The notes: generated by a model not told the origin, from the sequence alone. A DNA stretch of 64,000 nucleotides from Octopus vulgaris (GCA_951406725.2 OX597828.1:12338001-12402000); one strand, 5' to 3'. Counted from the first letter of the stretch, positions 1-13,928 are shown. Made by a program: numbers and translations.

Positions 1-275
1 CAACGACAGTGCTGACAAGCTATAATAGAACCTGCTGTTCCTTTCAACATCGTGCGTGTGGAAAGGGGAGACATGCCACATTGATAAATGCTTGCATTCC
101 AAACATTCTTGACCAGAACTACAACCTGGAGAGGATAATCTGGCGCTTATATGCTACGGTGAACTAGGGTTTGATCAATTCGTAACTAGACAAATTCATC
201 ACCAGACCAGAACACATCCTAGCCTGTTTCGAAACTCGAATGCGACCAGCTTGTTACATGGTTCTTAAACAAGGT

Positions 276-582
276 CTTCTTCTTCTTAATCATTTTTGCC
301 CCTTGTGGAGTATAGGGCCGGTATCCTGGTTTCCTTGGCGTATAGATTCCCCACCTGGACGGGACGCTGGTCCGTTGCAGGTGAGCTGCAAGATGCAGGA
401 GGAAAGAGTGAGAGAAAGTTGTGGCGAAAGAGTCAGCAGAAGTTCGCCATTACCTTCTGCCGGAGCCATGTGGAGCTTAGGTGTTTCGCTCATAAACACA
501 CACATCGCCCGGTCTGAGATTCGTGCCCGCGATCCCTCGACAGCGAATCTGCTGCTCTAACCACTAGGCCATGTGCCTCCAC
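276..582 (-). mobile_element. tRNA-derived SINE, family A (body 1)
   Basis: Minus strand begins GGAGGCACATGGCCTAGTGGTTAGAGCAGC (A box), has a B-box-like segment and a (GAA)n tail. Flanked by the approximate TSD cttaa(a)caaggt. Homologous to copies at 19178, 30162 and 37572. Confidence 0.9.
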
Positions 583-1349
583 CTTAACAAGGTACTGAAC
601 CCATATTAAGAAATACAAATCTTATCTGTAGATGTTAAGATCTAGGAAATAACAAATATTGAAATGTAGTATCGAAGAGAGAACAAAAGACGAAAAACAT
701 TAAAAACAAGATCCTTACTTTTCTGCTTTTGTTTTCTGTATTTAATTTCCTTTGTTTTACTGAATACATCAAAGAAATGTACATTAAATGACATGTACAG
801 AATTTTGATGGTTACATAAACAATAAGCTAAAATTAAAATTTATTTATTTGAAATACTATATTTTAAAATTTATGAACAACACAAATATAGCAACCAAAA
901 CGTAAAGTAAATATCAAAAATAAGAAAATGCTTTCAAGAAATTAATTTTTGGTTCAAAACTGTAATTGTTTATCACAATTTTATTGCTTTTGTTGATATC
1001 TTTGTAGTATTTTCTTTGTTTGTTTTTTTTTTATTGGTATCTTTTCCAATGTGTCTGTGACCATCAAACATATACTTCGTAACGAAATTAAGTCTTCTGA
1101 GACGTATGTATGTATATAGGTATACATATGTGTACATATGTGCATATATACTTATACATAAATATATATGTACATATACACATTATATGAATGTGTGTTC
1201 GTGCACTTACGTATATATGTATGCTTATATGCACATATAAGTATATATGTAAATAAGCACATGTGTAAACCAGTCTCTTTCTTTCCTTTTATATGTGTCT
1301 ATGTACGTGTGTATCTGTATGTGTGTCCATAAATATAACTAAAAAAAAA

Positions 1350-2480
1350 TGAGCTGAGACAAATACCTTAGAGTGGCCAATGGCATGAATTTGAAGAACT
1401 AATGCAAAGTTATATTAATTGACATTCAAAATAAAATATTGATATGTTGTTAATTTCACCATATTCAGGGAAGGTAAAACAATCACCTGATGACACAGGT
1501 AACAAATTCTGAAGGAGGAAATGAGATAATATCTACTGAATGATCCTGTGCAATTGACGTTCCTTTAAGTGAAACAGGTTTTCTAGCGCCAAAGCACAAC
1601 TAGGGATACATGTTTCTGTCGTGGTAGGTATGTTCACCAAAGAATTTGTCCAACTTCGTCATTGCAAACATAGGACATAGTCCTATACAAAGTGTATTTA
1701 GGAGAATTTTTATCATTAGAACGAAAATGAACAAGATGAATTAACACCATCACCAGTGGCATAAATGCATAAATTCTAACACTAAAGACATCTGAAGTTA
1801 CTATTCAAAGTGTAATTTTGATTCTCTATATTTTTTCTCTGCCAGAAAGGTTAAAACAATCGGATATCATTTCTTCGTTTTGAATCTCTCTGTCAAGCTA
1901 GTTCATGGCATATGTGTTTATGAAAGAACTAAGAATTTGCACATATTATCAGCGCCATTACATGATTGAGTGGCTTTTACAATACGAATGTGTTTTGAAT
2001 TTTGTTTCGGTCAGGAACGAAGCATTTAAAAAGGCTTCTTTGAGGCAAGACTAACACCTCGGACTTAGGAAAACACTCTTAACTTGAAGAAGCTCTCACT
2101 TAGCGGGAATAAAATATAGGCAAACCAAATATGGCAAGCATCAAGAACAGTCTTAGTTCTATCACAAAAAGAAATATTCAAATTTTCACATTATTTATTC
2201 ATGACCAAATTATTAATTCAAAATGACCGACAAGGTCATTTTAGGTCAATTTGTCTACCAAACTATCGAAGGTAATATGCTCTAAGATGGAATGCCAACA
2301 CATTGGAGTACAGACTAGATGCTTCGATTTCGTTGTGGGGTCGCTCATAGCTATATACAGCAGTTCAAGCGTTTTTGATCCCTAGGTAGTAGCATTCAAG
2401 TGTCTCTAGGAGATGAACAAATCAAGTGTATCTCACCACACTTAAACAGCAGCTAGGCAAGTATTAAAGTAATAAATATA
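1350..2480 (+). mobile_element. highly degraded DNA transposon relic, possibly Academ-type (XPG-like nuclease plus Cys-rich region)
   Basis: Frameshifted traces resembling 'LHALSGCD.T..F...G...FK' near 1950-2035, 'EAL.....Q..IWQA' near 2085-2140, and 'P.HW...RCG' near 2295-2340. Motif order fits, but many stops. Confidence 0.3.
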
Positions 2481-2670
2481 CACGCAAACTTTCAGCCTAC
2501 TACTTCAATTATTCCCTGAGATATCGTGACTTAAAGATTGCTACTCATGGTCGGAAATGTCATTTTGAAAAAAATGCCAAAATCTCTGGAAATAGTTGTT
2601 TACAACAATGCCCAACTACACAAGGATAATGTCCACATTTTAGTGAAATATTTGCAGTTTTGTACAGTCT

Positions 2671-2971
2671 GGAGGCGTAATGGCCCAGTGGTTAAAGTAG
2701 CGGACTCGCGGTTTCGATTCGCAGACCAGGCGTTGTATGTGTGTTGCTTGAACGAAAACACCTAAAAGCTTCACGAGGCTCCGGCAAGGGGTGGTGGCGA
2801 CCTTGTTGTACTCTTTCGCCACAGCTTTCTCTCTCTCTCTCTCTCTCTCTTCTTGTTTCTTGAGTAACGCTGCGATGGACTGGCGTCCCGTCCAGCTGGG
2901 GGGAACACATACGCCACAGAAATCGGGAAACCGGGTCCATGATCCTGGCTAGGCTTGAAAAGGGCGACATA
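2671..2971 (+). mobile_element. tRNA-derived SINE, family A variant
   Basis: Head GGAGGCGTAATGGCCCAGTGGTTAAAG. TSD ttttgtacagtct / ttttgcacagtct. Same subfamily as 35378-35690. Confidence 0.9.
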
Positions 2972-3099
2972 TTTTGCACAGTCTAATAATGCACAGAGGC
3001 TTATCCTTTGCTATTTTTCTGAGATTTTGATATCTGAAATCTGAGTTATTAATCTTGCCTTAATGGAAGACATATGATGTTAATAATTTGGCTGTTAAA

Positions 3100-3900
3100 A
3101 CTAATTAAGGATTTTCTTAATTTATTTCATTACAGCATTTCCTAACATGTGTTTATTTTTTAATAATAAATTTAGCGCGCCTATTTTTCTGCCTCAGTAA
3201 ATGAGTAAATGTGTTTGGTCAAGTCTTCTTTCTAATCTGTCGTTTTATTTGTAATGTGGATTTCATTCGGTTTGGCCGTTTCTGCTTCAATATTTTCATT
3301 CTGTTAGTGAGCAACGCGCGTGTATGTTCTTCAACATTTTACATCTTTAGAAGTTCGACCATCTTTTGAAGATGAACTGTTTCGGTGTCTGCAGTATGAT
3401 ATAATCGTGATATAATCTTTCATCTGGCTTAGTTGTAGTGCGTTTCATTCGTTTCTGTTTTGTATTTATGGCATTTTCAGTGGTGAATAGAGCTGATTAC
3501 AGATTCATTTTTGCTTGCCGATGTGCACTCTGTTATTCCCCGTTTTATATTTGTGGTCACATTTTTTTCTTTTAAGATATGTTTACACATGAACATTGCG
3601 TTTCATTTGTTATACTCGGAACGTATGCATCTTTTGTGCTCTGTATATTTGTCTTTGACTGTTTCACTAATTGAACCTAAGTAAATCTCTTCGTTTTGAC
3701 TATCGTGTAACTCCTTTGTTTTAGGCGATTTCCGTGAAAAAGACATTTTTCTTTTATTCTGATTTAGCGCATACGTTTGCGATTGCGTCTTTTGGTTCCC
3801 ATTGGTAATCGTTCGATGTGTTTTATGTATTTGTGCCGCTATAACTAACAGTTGCATTATTTCAGTTGGACATTTCGAGAAATATTAGCTAATTAGTAAG
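3100..3900 (-). mobile_element. Penelope-like element 3' relic (GIY-YIG endonuclease region)
   Basis: ORF 3603-3857 contains 'EIYLGSISETVKDKYTEHKRCI' (YIG...FK.RY..H-like). Downstream the minus strand encodes 'CRHRN', a typical PLE endonuclease C-terminus. Confidence 0.55.
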
Positions 3901-3960
3901 AACGCATTAATCTCTTCTATTTAATTAGAGCAATCTTAATATCTGCCCTATCAATGACGT

Positions 3961-4237
3961 GTGGAGGGGCGTTGCTTAGTGGTTAGGGTGTTGGACTCAC
4001 GATTGTAAGATTGCGATTTCGATTCCGAGACCGGGCGACGCGTTGTGTTCTTGAGGAAAACACTTCATTCCATGTTGATCCAGTGAACTCACCCGGCAAA
4101 AATAAGTGATCCTGCGACGGACCGGCGTCCAGTCTAGATGGGAAATATATGTGTGTGTATACATGTATATGCCTTTGAAACCGGCAAACCGGCCCTCATG
4201 AGCCTGGCATGGCTCGAGAAGGAAACATTTATTTCAT
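3961..4237 (+). mobile_element. tRNA-derived SINE: head + body 2 + family A tail
   Basis: Head GTGGAGGGGCGTTGCTTAGTGGTTAGG, body 'ttgtgttcttgaggaaaacacttcattccatgttgatccag', tail 'gagcctggcatggctcgagaaggaa'. TSD tatcaatgacgt / tatcaatgacat. Confidence 0.85.
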
Positions 4238-4704
4238 TATCAATGACATGTGCCATTTTGCAGCATTGAGTGCACTCATGCAAATAAGTGAAGGAAAAAG
4301 TAAATTTACGGTTCATTGAAAAACGACGCGAAGACAGGTTTCACAAAACATATATTTAGATTAAAATACAGTCAAAATGAATCGCTAAGTTATTTCACAT
4401 ATAGCTCTGGAATTTAAAGAATGAAAATAAGAATGTTAATGATGAAAATGAATGCTTACTAGAAGATAAGTGTCACCCTGCTATAATAGATCCAGACGGA
4501 ATGATCCTTATTTCCTTGAAAAGTATAACAACCTATGACATACTTTTGCTGTTGGTGCTTGCTGACGCTTCCTTTGATGTTGACTGAGAAGTTTCCTGTA
4601 AATTTTACAGTACGAGCTTTATTCAAGACATTGTTAAAACAACAGGAATCTCTTTATCAATCTTACAGAAAGGAACGTATTAGACATGAGAATCAATCTC
4701 TTTT

Positions 4705-5180
4705 ATCGTTTGCTAGTTTCAGTCAATGCCCTGCGGCCAGACGGAAGCACCAACTTGACAGGCTTAGTCAAATAAATCAATTGCAGTAGTTATTTCTTAA
4801 TAGATGGTATTTATTCTGTTCTTGCCGATCTGCTAATTTCAGGGTACGTAAAGAAACCAACGTCGGATGTCAAGGGTGGGAAGGAGGGAGCAAGCACACA
4901 CACACTCTATGTATGTATGTATGTATGTATATGTACGTATGCGTGTGTGTGTATGTATGCGTGTGTGTGTATGTGTACGTGTGTGTGTGTGTATGTACGT
5001 ACGTACGTATGTCTGTACGTATGTATGTATAACACTTCTTTCAGTTGCTGGCTCCCAAATTCACTTCCAAGTCATTGGAGCTAAAGTAGAATATACTTGC
5101 TCAAGATACCACGCTGTGGGACTGAACTCAGAACTATGTAGCCGGGAAGCATGTTCGTGCCACACAGTCACACCTGTGTC
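4705..5180 (-). mobile_element. SINE family B, diverged copy
   Basis: Matches the reverse complement of 40093-40550, including the internal microsatellite and the ...gactgaaac tail. Confidence 0.75.
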
Positions 5181-5449
5181 TTTCCAAAATATTTTCACTG
5201 TTACTAATAGCTTTTTATCCGCACCGAGATAATCAGCGTAATCTTTCACTGCTCAACACATTCAGAAGTCATTAAAACAGATATGTCTGAGCACTTTTAA
5301 CGCATTCGAAGATAGATGTAAAGATAACGTGCTTAGAAGCATACCTGTGATATTGCATTACACACAAATGGCACAAATAGGTACGTGCTTGTGTGAACAA
5401 TGTGTATACATACAAACAATATGAGTGTGTGCGTCTGTCTGTCTGAATA

Positions 5450-5800
5450 TATATGGTAAGAAGCTTGCTTCCCAAGCACACGGCTCCAAGTTCAGTCCCA
5501 CTGCATGTCACCTTGGACGAGTGTCTTTTTTAGCCCTCGGGCCGATTAAAGCCTTGTGAGTGAATTTGGTAGACAGAAACTGAAAGCTCGTCGTCTGTGT
5601 GTGTGTGTGTCTTTGTGTCTGCGTATCTGCGTTTGTCTCACCACCACCGCTTGACAACCGGTAACTTAATGGTTCGGCAAAAGTTATCGATAGAATAAGT
5701 AACAGGCATTAACAAATACTGGGGACGATTCAGTCGACTAAAACTTCTTCATGGCTGTGCCCCAGCATGGCCGCAGTCTAATGACTGAAACAAGTAAAAG
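5450..5800 (+). mobile_element. SINE family B
   Basis: 'ggtaagaagcttgcttcccaa...ttcagtcccactgc...cagcatggccgcagtctaatgactgaaacaagtaaaag'. Confidence 0.85.
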
Positions 5801-6019
5801 AAAAAAGATATATATAGGAAGAGAGAGAGAGAGATGTATATGTGTGCGTATATCTGTACGTGTAAATCTGTATAGGTATATATGTAAGTATATTGATGTC
5901 TTAACAAACACTTCACTACACATACATCTATCTTGGAAGTGAACATTTTTGAAGCTCATAAATTACTGAATGAATGGAACAGTAGATGGATCAGAAAAGC
6001 TTATTTGATAATATAATCA

Positions 6020-6505
6020 TTACAGGTGAAATAATATTAAAACCTATCGGTGACGAATATTTACGAACAACTAATAACGTCTGATACGAACATCCTAGTA
6101 AGATAAGGAGAGCACTTGAATATAATACTAAACCTGTTGATTAATAGAAATAATGCGCTGATATTTCTTGAATTATAAGAATAGTTGGAAACTTGCCTAC
6201 GTGGAATATCTGTTCAAGATATTGAACAAGGCGTTGACAAGTGAAAAACGGGTGAAACCTCTTGGATTAGATAGGGCACATACTAAAACAGTAAAATCAG
6301 TTTAAACATTTAGAAATGATTTAGAACGTTTTAGATAAAACATTAATATGGACTCATCTAAGAACAAGAAGGAGGACGAATTCCTACTCGGCTAAAATGA
6401 AAGAGATCACGACTTCAGAGAGGCAGAAATGGTAGCGGAGAATAGGCGAGATTGATGAGAATATACAGGGATCTTTCGTGTCAAATGCCGTCGTGGGTAG
6501 TACCA
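6020..6505 (+). mobile_element. RTE-clade LINE 3' relic
   Basis: Degenerate 'W.GH.L', 'W...RTRRR' and 'EAEMVAENR.D' segments, typical of RTE ORF ends. Confidence 0.55.
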
Positions 6506-6558
6506 TACATACATATATATATACTACACAGACTTAACTGAAATAACGCGGCCCTCAG

Positions 6559-6866
6559 GCCATTCTATACTAGGGGGGACGAAGTCCCTTAAGAGAAGCG
6601 TGGGAAGGTTGTCATCTTGGTAGGTTTATATATATATATATATATACACGCACCTATATACAAATATATAGACGCACACGTGTATGTAGATATATATGTA
6701 TGTAACTATTCATGCCATTCTATATTAGGGAAGCTGAAGGCTCCTAGAAGAAGCATGGGGAGGTTGTCATCTTGGTAGGTTAATATATATATATATATAC
6801 ACATATACAAATATATAGACACACACGCACACGTGTATGTAGATATATATGTATGTAAATATTCAT
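6559..6866. repeat. tandem duplication, two units of about 154 bp
   Basis: gccattctata...ggttgtcatcttggtaggtt(ta)n...cacacgtgtatgtagatatatatgtatgtaa.tattcat occurs at 6559-6713 and 6714-6866. Confidence 0.85.
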
Positions 6867-7394
6867 GTATGTATATGGATGTCCATATGTACGTTTGTGT
6901 GTGTATATATATATATATGTGTGTGTGTATACATGTAATGGGAAAAAGACAGAAAATTTAAGTGAAAATTTAAAATGCAGATGAAAAAGAGGTAATTAAA
7001 TACAAGTAATTTAATGATAATGGAAGATAAATTTGGATTAGAAACATACAAAATAAATATACATAGTTACTAAGTATGGAGAGCTAAGCAAATGCGCAAC
7101 GACAGAAGACTAGTTCAGAACACCTTGAGGGTGAATCTCTAATGGTGATGGCCGCTAGCAACAGTAAATCTGCGAAGATTGATAAAGTCTTTAATTTCAG
7201 ATGAAAATTTTTATCAATATATTATAATCCGTAGAAACTGCATTTACTTAATTACGAACAAGACGAAAATTAATGTTACTTATTAATCATGTTAACTATA
7301 TCAACGAACATTAATTCCCAATCACAAAATAAACTAGTGACTCATGAAACGCTTGTTTTACCTACAGTTTATGAACCTCTGATATCGATCTCTC

Positions 7395-7780
7395 CCTTTT
7401 CGCTACTTAACTATTCCTGGAAGGGACGTTGGGGTAGAATACTTGGGCACTTCCTCCACTGGGTATTATCCGAAACAACCGTCATTACACTTGCTGGATT
7501 ACCAAGTCTGACCATTTGAAACTATAGGTATCATCCAACCACCCCGTCCTAGATCCATCCCTAGGTTTTTCGTCGATTAGTTCGGCTTGAAGTATCCGTC
7601 TTGCAGTCATTTCCCGAGACATTTTCTGATATCAATAGCATGAAATATGTTGGTTGTTCCTCTGGAAGATAATAGTATCTTGTTAGTAGAGCAGAAAGAG
7701 TATCGGAAGTGTTTTGTTCATGCAAAGAAGTGCTATGGGTAAATGGAGCAGTTATTGAAAGCATGAGAAAAACTAAACGA
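7395..7780 (-). mobile_element. RTE-clade LINE 3' relic
   Basis: Minus strand traces 'ARRILQA...PRDGSRTGWLD...LG.Q...SD...WRK'. Same family as 13170-13590. Confidence 0.6.
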
Positions 7781-7869
7781 AAATGTCGTCATGACAAGGT
7801 TTGATTCAACCTAGAAAGTCATTCAGCAATTTGCCCTACTCCTGCTTATTGGAGACAATGTACATAAAA

Positions 7870-9520
7870 ATACAATATTAAATTTTGGGCTGTGTATCAA
7901 TTACACCATGGGAAACTCTGTAAACCTCAATAACAATGTAGTATAATAAAGTATCAAATACCGTCCTTAGTTTCAGAGGACGGAATTTTCAAGGAGATTT
8001 TTTCTCACTTCTCTTGAGTGTACATCTAACTTTATTAACAAATCTGACTCTAGCTACCAGTGATTATACATATTGTGAACAAACTATAAAATATGTCCTG
8101 CATGTGGTGGATTTCAAACTATTCACAAGAGACAACACCTAGCCGCTGAACCTACCGAAACTTTACGAATTCAACTGTATTATTAAATGAATATGGATTT
8201 AGACAAGCGTGCCAAAATTACCCTAAAAGCGGTAACTTAATTTAACTGAAGCCCAAAATATTAAGTTAGCGTTAAGCAGTGAAATAAGAGAATGTGAACA
8301 AAACTGCCCATTCATGTAGATGAAACTGATAAGTTATAAGATGCAGAAACCAAGGAGAAAATTAGAAAATATTAATATACAAAAGTGAAACGAATATTTA
8401 AAACCTCACTCAATGTCAGAAATAAGATTTTATATTTAAATATAGTACCCATTCCAATAATAATCTACAGTTTCACTATAATAAATTGTATGTTAAGGGA
8501 ATTGAAGAATATATGAAAACTAGAAATCTGCGCTCGGCATTCCTAACAGGCTCTCCTAAAGCTCAAATCGTTATATCCTAAATAGGATATAAATATCACA
8601 TCTGCAGAAAGGAAAGGAGCTAATACAATTAGAGAATATTACATAGTCAGTACACGTTGTCTCGAAAATATCTAGAAGTAAGCAAATACACACTGGGAAC
8701 AAAATAACCAAACTGCATAAGGGGACAGGGTATAAATTGAAAGCTATATTAAACACCAATGTGAAGATACTAACGAAACATTTGATAAAGCAAAGGAAAA
8801 TGTGCAAAAGAAGAGATAAGATTGAAGGGCAATTTCAAAAAATGCCCTAGGAAATTAAAACGGATAGAAAAAAACACTTCGTGAATAGTATCCTTCATAA
8901 CTGTACAGTGCTGAATTCAGTTAATAAGAAAGACAACATACTTTAAAATAAACTCTGGACTGAAGGCATAGATAGAAAGTTTGATTTTATGCTTTGCTCT
9001 TATAACTAACAAAATGCAATAACGAAAATAGAAGATTGATATCATTGTTATTCTGGTCTCATTTCATATATTTGCAGATAAAATATATCGACATACATGT
9101 AACTAGCAATATCTATTGGGCAATAATACTGATCTTTTCACATCAAAACTGAAAAGAAATTATAAAAAACATGCATCTTAATAGGGCTTGTTAGATAAAT
9201 TGTTCTCAAACATCTTTATTAGATGAAAGTAAAATCAATGTGTACATCGGAGATATAAGCGATGATTTTAATGTCAGTTGAAAAAGAAAGAAAACTGGAT
9301 GTACTATGATTGATATTTCTATCTCTTCCGACCAAAACATCACCCGAAAGGAATTTCAAATACTATTTATATACTTCTTCAAAATTGAAATGCACAAGAT
9401 TTTTTAGTATGAGAGATGAAACGCTGCCAATAATAATTTGCGCTTTGGCTTCGACAGAATAAAGCACATAACATAAATACAAACCTCATTTCATATCTCA
9501 AAAGGTTACACATACTCTAA
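7870..9520 (+). mobile_element. Dong/R4-like (restriction-like endonuclease, RLE) LINE relic
   Basis: Ordered degenerate motifs: GD..S.LL, YGLDK.AK, KEKIRK...LN.RNKI, GKELIQLE, SGLK, C.MIDISI.SDQNI..KE and PIII.AL. Confidence 0.7.
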
Positions 9521-9549
9521 ATAAAAGTAGGTACAAGATATATCTTATA

Positions 9550-9745
9550 TTTTACTTGCTTCAGTCATTAGACAATAGCAATGGTTTATGGTTCTGAGGT
9601 GTTTCAGACGAAGAAATCGAGCCTAATAATTAATTTTTTATCTGCGGAAATTATTCTGTCCGCTTTTTTTTACTGAACCGCTAAGTTATGAGGAGATAAA
9701 CAAACCAACACCGGTCGTCAAGCAATTGGGGGATAAACCCAAGAT

Positions 9746-9783
<38 letters not shown>

Positions 9784-10075
9784 TTAATTATTATTTGAGG
9801 GAATATTTTTGCAATTTACTTAATCTTTGACATTTTATTGTTATTTTAATTTTAATTTTTCTATTATATGTAATTTTCTAGATGGTGTAATTTAATTGTT
9901 CATTTTGAATTGATAAAAGGTGTTTTTTTTTCTAATTTATATATATATATATATATATATACATACACACACGATTGACTTCTACACAATTTCCGTCTAC
10001 CGAATTCGCTCAAAAGACATTGGTAGGCCAGGGGTTATCGTAGAAGACACTTGCCCAATTTTCCGCGCGGGATTT
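9550..10075 (-). mobile_element. SINE family B, fragmented
   Basis: Tail piece at 9550-9770 and body piece at 9970-10075 match family B. Confidence 0.65.
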
Positions 10076-10399
10076 CAATTCATTAACATATTTCATACTG
10101 TACATATTCTACACGATCCTCACACAGTACTATAACACTGCTAAATCACATCGATTCTACACAATCGTTCACGGCAATTTAGATGTCACGTGAACGCTTC
10201 CCTAACAACCAGCTACAAGAACAACACTCCATCGCACACCCAATGTGTGACTGAGCATTGTGTGATGTGATGTAGTTTTGTCTGTGTCACGTTCGTTCTT
10301 CGCATATATCCTACACTAAAACACCTATCCTCGTTTATCACGGGCGTTTATTTCCTAAAAAATAATTACAGTGTAAAATGAATAAATAAGGAAATTCTG

Positions 10400-10516
10400 T
10401 CCACGAGCTTCAGAACTAGAACGAATGGTAGATCCACTTAGACCAAACTCGCGGCCCACAGTAGCATAGACTTGACAGTCACGTATTCTCTTGATTATCT
10501 TTACCCTTTCCTGTAG
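10400..10516 (-). mobile_element. pogo/Tigger transposase N-terminal HTH (CENP-B-like) relic
   Basis: 'LQERVKIIKRIRDCQVYATVGREFGLSGSTIRS' resembles the psq-type HTH of pogo transposases. It abuts a hAT/Charlie-like end (cagtgattcccaac) at about 10519. Confidence 0.55.
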
Positions 10517-10724
10517 AGCAGTGATTCCCAACGTGCAGCGTACGCCCATTAGTGGGGGCGGGAAAAACTGTAGTGGGGCTTGGTGGCGTAGCTACCAGAC
10601 ACAGTTCTCGTCAAAGTGATTCACTTTATTTTCTTCTTAATCAATAATGTACTGTTTTTTCTGCTCGGTGCTTAATAAAAGAATTACCGGTAGATTCTTT
10701 TGTATTAAATAATTGTGATAATAT

Positions 10725-12035
10725 ATTGGTTTCAAATTTTGGCACAAGGCCGGCAATTTTGGGGAAGTGGTTAAGTCGGTTATATCAACCCCAGTGATCA
10801 ATTGGTACTTATTTTATCGACCCCGAGAGAATGAAAGACAAAGTCGACTTCGGCGGAATTTGAACTCAGAACTTAGCGATGGACGAAATGCCGCTAAGTA
10901 TTTTGCCAGATGTGCTAACAAATTTTCCAGATCTCCGCCTTACATTTTGATAAATTATTAAAAATAAAGTCGGTTTTTATTGTTCAACCTCGAATGGGGC
11001 AAACATTTTTCTAGAAAGCTATATCACAAACCAATCCGTAGTAAGCGTGACTTTGCTATTCCGGAGCAGTGATGAACGTATCAGTGGTAAACGAAGCTGC
11101 ATGTAAATGCTGTGCTAGAAATGAATCGGCCATTTATTTCCAGATACTTAGCGTAAGCAAAAAACAATAACAATAAAATCAAATTTTATAGTTTTACTGC
11201 AGTAGACAGTCATTCGAAACAATATATTTTGTTAATTTACAAATGTTAGATTTTGAATAAGATATTTTATTGTTACAACTTTTGATAAATATTTATCGTA
11301 ACATACATAAGTAATTGAATAATGATTTCTAACAACGATAGACATTTTGTCTGGCCTTCTACAAACTATGCTATTTAGATCCTTCCCTAACAAGTAATAA
11401 TAATAATAATAATAATAATCGTCTACATTAGGCACAAGGCCTGAAATTTGCGGAGAGGGGGCTAGTCGATTATATCGACCCATTTGTTTCACTGGTAATT
11501 AATTTATCGACCCAGAAAGAATGAAATGGCAAAGTCGACTTCGGTGGGATTTGAACTAAGAATCTAAGGACGGACGAAATTCTGCGAAGCATTTTACCCG
11601 GCGTCCTAATGCTTCTACCAGCTGACTGCCTTTAATGATAATAATAATAATAATTTCCAATTTTGGTTGATGACCAGCAGATTATAAGGGAGGGGGATGC
11701 CGATTAGATTCATCCCAGTAAATGACTGATATATTATCGATGAGGAAAGGATGAAAGGAAAACGACTACAGTATTTGCGCTCCGAACACAAAGGGTCGGA
11801 AGATATACCGCACAGCATTTCGCCTTGATCAAACGATTCTACCAAAACAACCAACTAGAATAACAATGAATTCTGCTTCAGGAAGTTTTGAAGAAGAGAT
11901 TAGCTGATACCATTAACCCTAGTAATCGAGTGGTGCTGTATTTTAACGATTGGCGAAGTTAGCTTCGGCAGGATTTGAACTCGGAACGTAAAAATAAGGA
12001 ACAAATACTGCTAGATATTTTTGCGACGCTCTAAT
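10725..12035 (-). mobile_element. cluster of four SINE family C copies
   Basis: Recurrent 'tcgacccc..aggatgaaaggcaaagtcgac.tcggcggaatttgaactcagaac' at about 10730-10940, 11420-11635, 11660-11850 and 11870-12035. Confidence 0.75.
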
Positions 12036-12619
12036 GATATTGACAATCAGCAAATCGACTACAATAAGGAATTTGACAACCATATATGACAAATAAGGAA
12101 AGCAGAAAATAGTGGCCAACTTCAACTGCAAAAAACTCAGAGAGAGACATGGTAACGCAGAGGATGGTACTCGAAAGAAATGCAGGAATCAGACGAGAAG
12201 CAAGTAAAAGCAGAGATACGAAGTACTGGTCTTCGTCGCACAAGAAGAGTCTCGCGACCAAATCGTTTCGCCGTCAAATTATAAAAGATCGAGCAAATTA
12301 TTTGGGCATGATCTGTGGAAAATATGAAGAAACCATCGCCCGTGTTGTTGTTTTTTTTTTTGTTTTGTTTTTTTTGTCTGATTGAAGAGAACTACATCCA
12401 CTGACAACATAAGATAACGGCGGACCTGTACTGAAAAATATGCGGGATCTATAGAATCAAAACATTTGAGGTATGAAGATTAGTCAAACACGGCCACTAA
12501 CAACAACATCCTATGGATCATGATTATTCACACTAGCAGAAACTTAAAAGTGCATACTTCAATAGCAAAAAGTCACTTAAAAATTCGAAGGGACATTTGG
12601 GGTATCCCAATATATATTT

Positions 12620-12905
12620 TTTATCTTTTACTTGTTTCAGCCATGCTGGGGCACCGCTGTGAAAAATTTTAGCCCTACGAATCGACGCTACTACAACAAA
12701 TTTTCCTATATTTTTTCCAGCGTGGAAATAAACATCCTCTTTTGTTATATATATATAATTTCTGAAGGGTGTCTACCAAATCCACTTACAAGGCTTTAGA
12801 TGGCCCTAGGATGTGGTAGAAGACACTTGCCAAAGGGTCCACATAGTGGAACTGAACGAGGAACAATGTAACTGGGTAGCAAAATTCTTACAGCACAGCC
12901 ATAGT
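12620..12905 (-). mobile_element. SINE family B, diverged
   Basis: 'cttgtttcagccatgctggggcaccgc' tail and 'gtagaagacacttgccaaag' head region. Confidence 0.7.
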
Positions 12906-13169
12906 TCCTAATGTGAACACGTATGTTGAAACAGATTTTGCTGTATCGGGCGAGTGTCATAATGTAAACAATAATTTTTGGCATTATGAATCTCCTGAGA
13001 TACGTCAAATCTTGTTATATATATAATGTATATACGTGTGTGTCTGTCTATAAGCGTGAAAAATTAACTCGCCACATTGGCAGAATCATGATATTCTACA
13101 GGCGCAACCAGCTTCATCAATTTCAATCAGTATAACACAAAAATTTCTAAAGGTTATATAATGACTTTA

Positions 13170-13590
13170 TCCCTCCGTCCATTGACGCTATCCACTACTC
13201 TCGAGAACAGTCTACAGGCATCTCTTCCTTAGGGCCGTATCAGAATCAACCATCATTATACTTTCTTGCTGGATTCCCAAGTGTGACTAAGTGAGACTGT
13301 GGGTATTATCCAACCATCTTGCTCTTCATCTACGTCTGCATGTTCTGCTGGTTGGCGTGGTTTGAAATATCTGCATTGCGATCGTTTCCAGCTTTATCCT
13401 AACCACATGCTCGTAGTAGCGTTGATGTGATCTCTCGATGCGCGAAAAAATAGTGGTTTGTTCTGGAGATTCTCTCTGATCTCCGAGCGCATTCTGTCCA
13501 GAGGTTCTTCAGAGGAAACTCATTTCGGCCGCTTATATTCGCAATCGTACGCTTTCTGTCATTACCCAGCATTTATGACCATACGTAAGG
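13170..13590 (-). mobile_element. RTE-clade LINE 3' relic
   Basis: Minus strand 'CWVMTESVRLRI*AAEMSFL*R' ... 'RYYEHVVR' ... 'ARWLDN'. Confidence 0.7.
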
Positions 13591-13606
13591 ATAAGAACAT
13601 AACTGG

Positions 13607-13928
13607 AGCTCCGTCGGTTACTTCGATGCATGTTTCAGTTCACCCGATCAACGAACGGCGTGCTCGTGAAATTATCACGCAAATGGTTGAGTACCCCACA
13701 GACAGGCATACCCTTAGCGTAGTTATAAAAGAGATTCGGCGTGACACAGAATGTGGCAAGGCTGGCTCTTTTGAATTACAGGTAAAAATCATTTTTGCCA
13801 GCTGTGGACAGGAGCAACGTGAAATAAAGTGTTTTGCTCAAGGACAAAACGCACCAGCAGGAATCGAACTCACCGCCTTACGATTGTGAGCCGAATAACC
13901 TAACCACGTATCCACATGCCTTCACAAG
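13607..13928 (-). mobile_element. tRNA-derived SINE: head + body 2 + tail E
   Basis: Colinear with 43830-44160. Confidence 0.8.

Noticed and set aside
240-560. Recurring 60-110 aa ORFs such as 'MQEERVRESCGERVSR' (also 19161, 30185, 37692)
   Set aside because: Chance frames within SINE family A copies, not a gene family.
1480-1530. CTGATGA as a hammerhead core
   Set aside because: No stem II closed by GAAA and no stem I.
11144-11152. Possible 9-nt microexon (ttccag|atacttagc|gtaagc)
   Set aside because: Such splice-like matches arise by chance in AT-rich DNA, and there is no supporting context.
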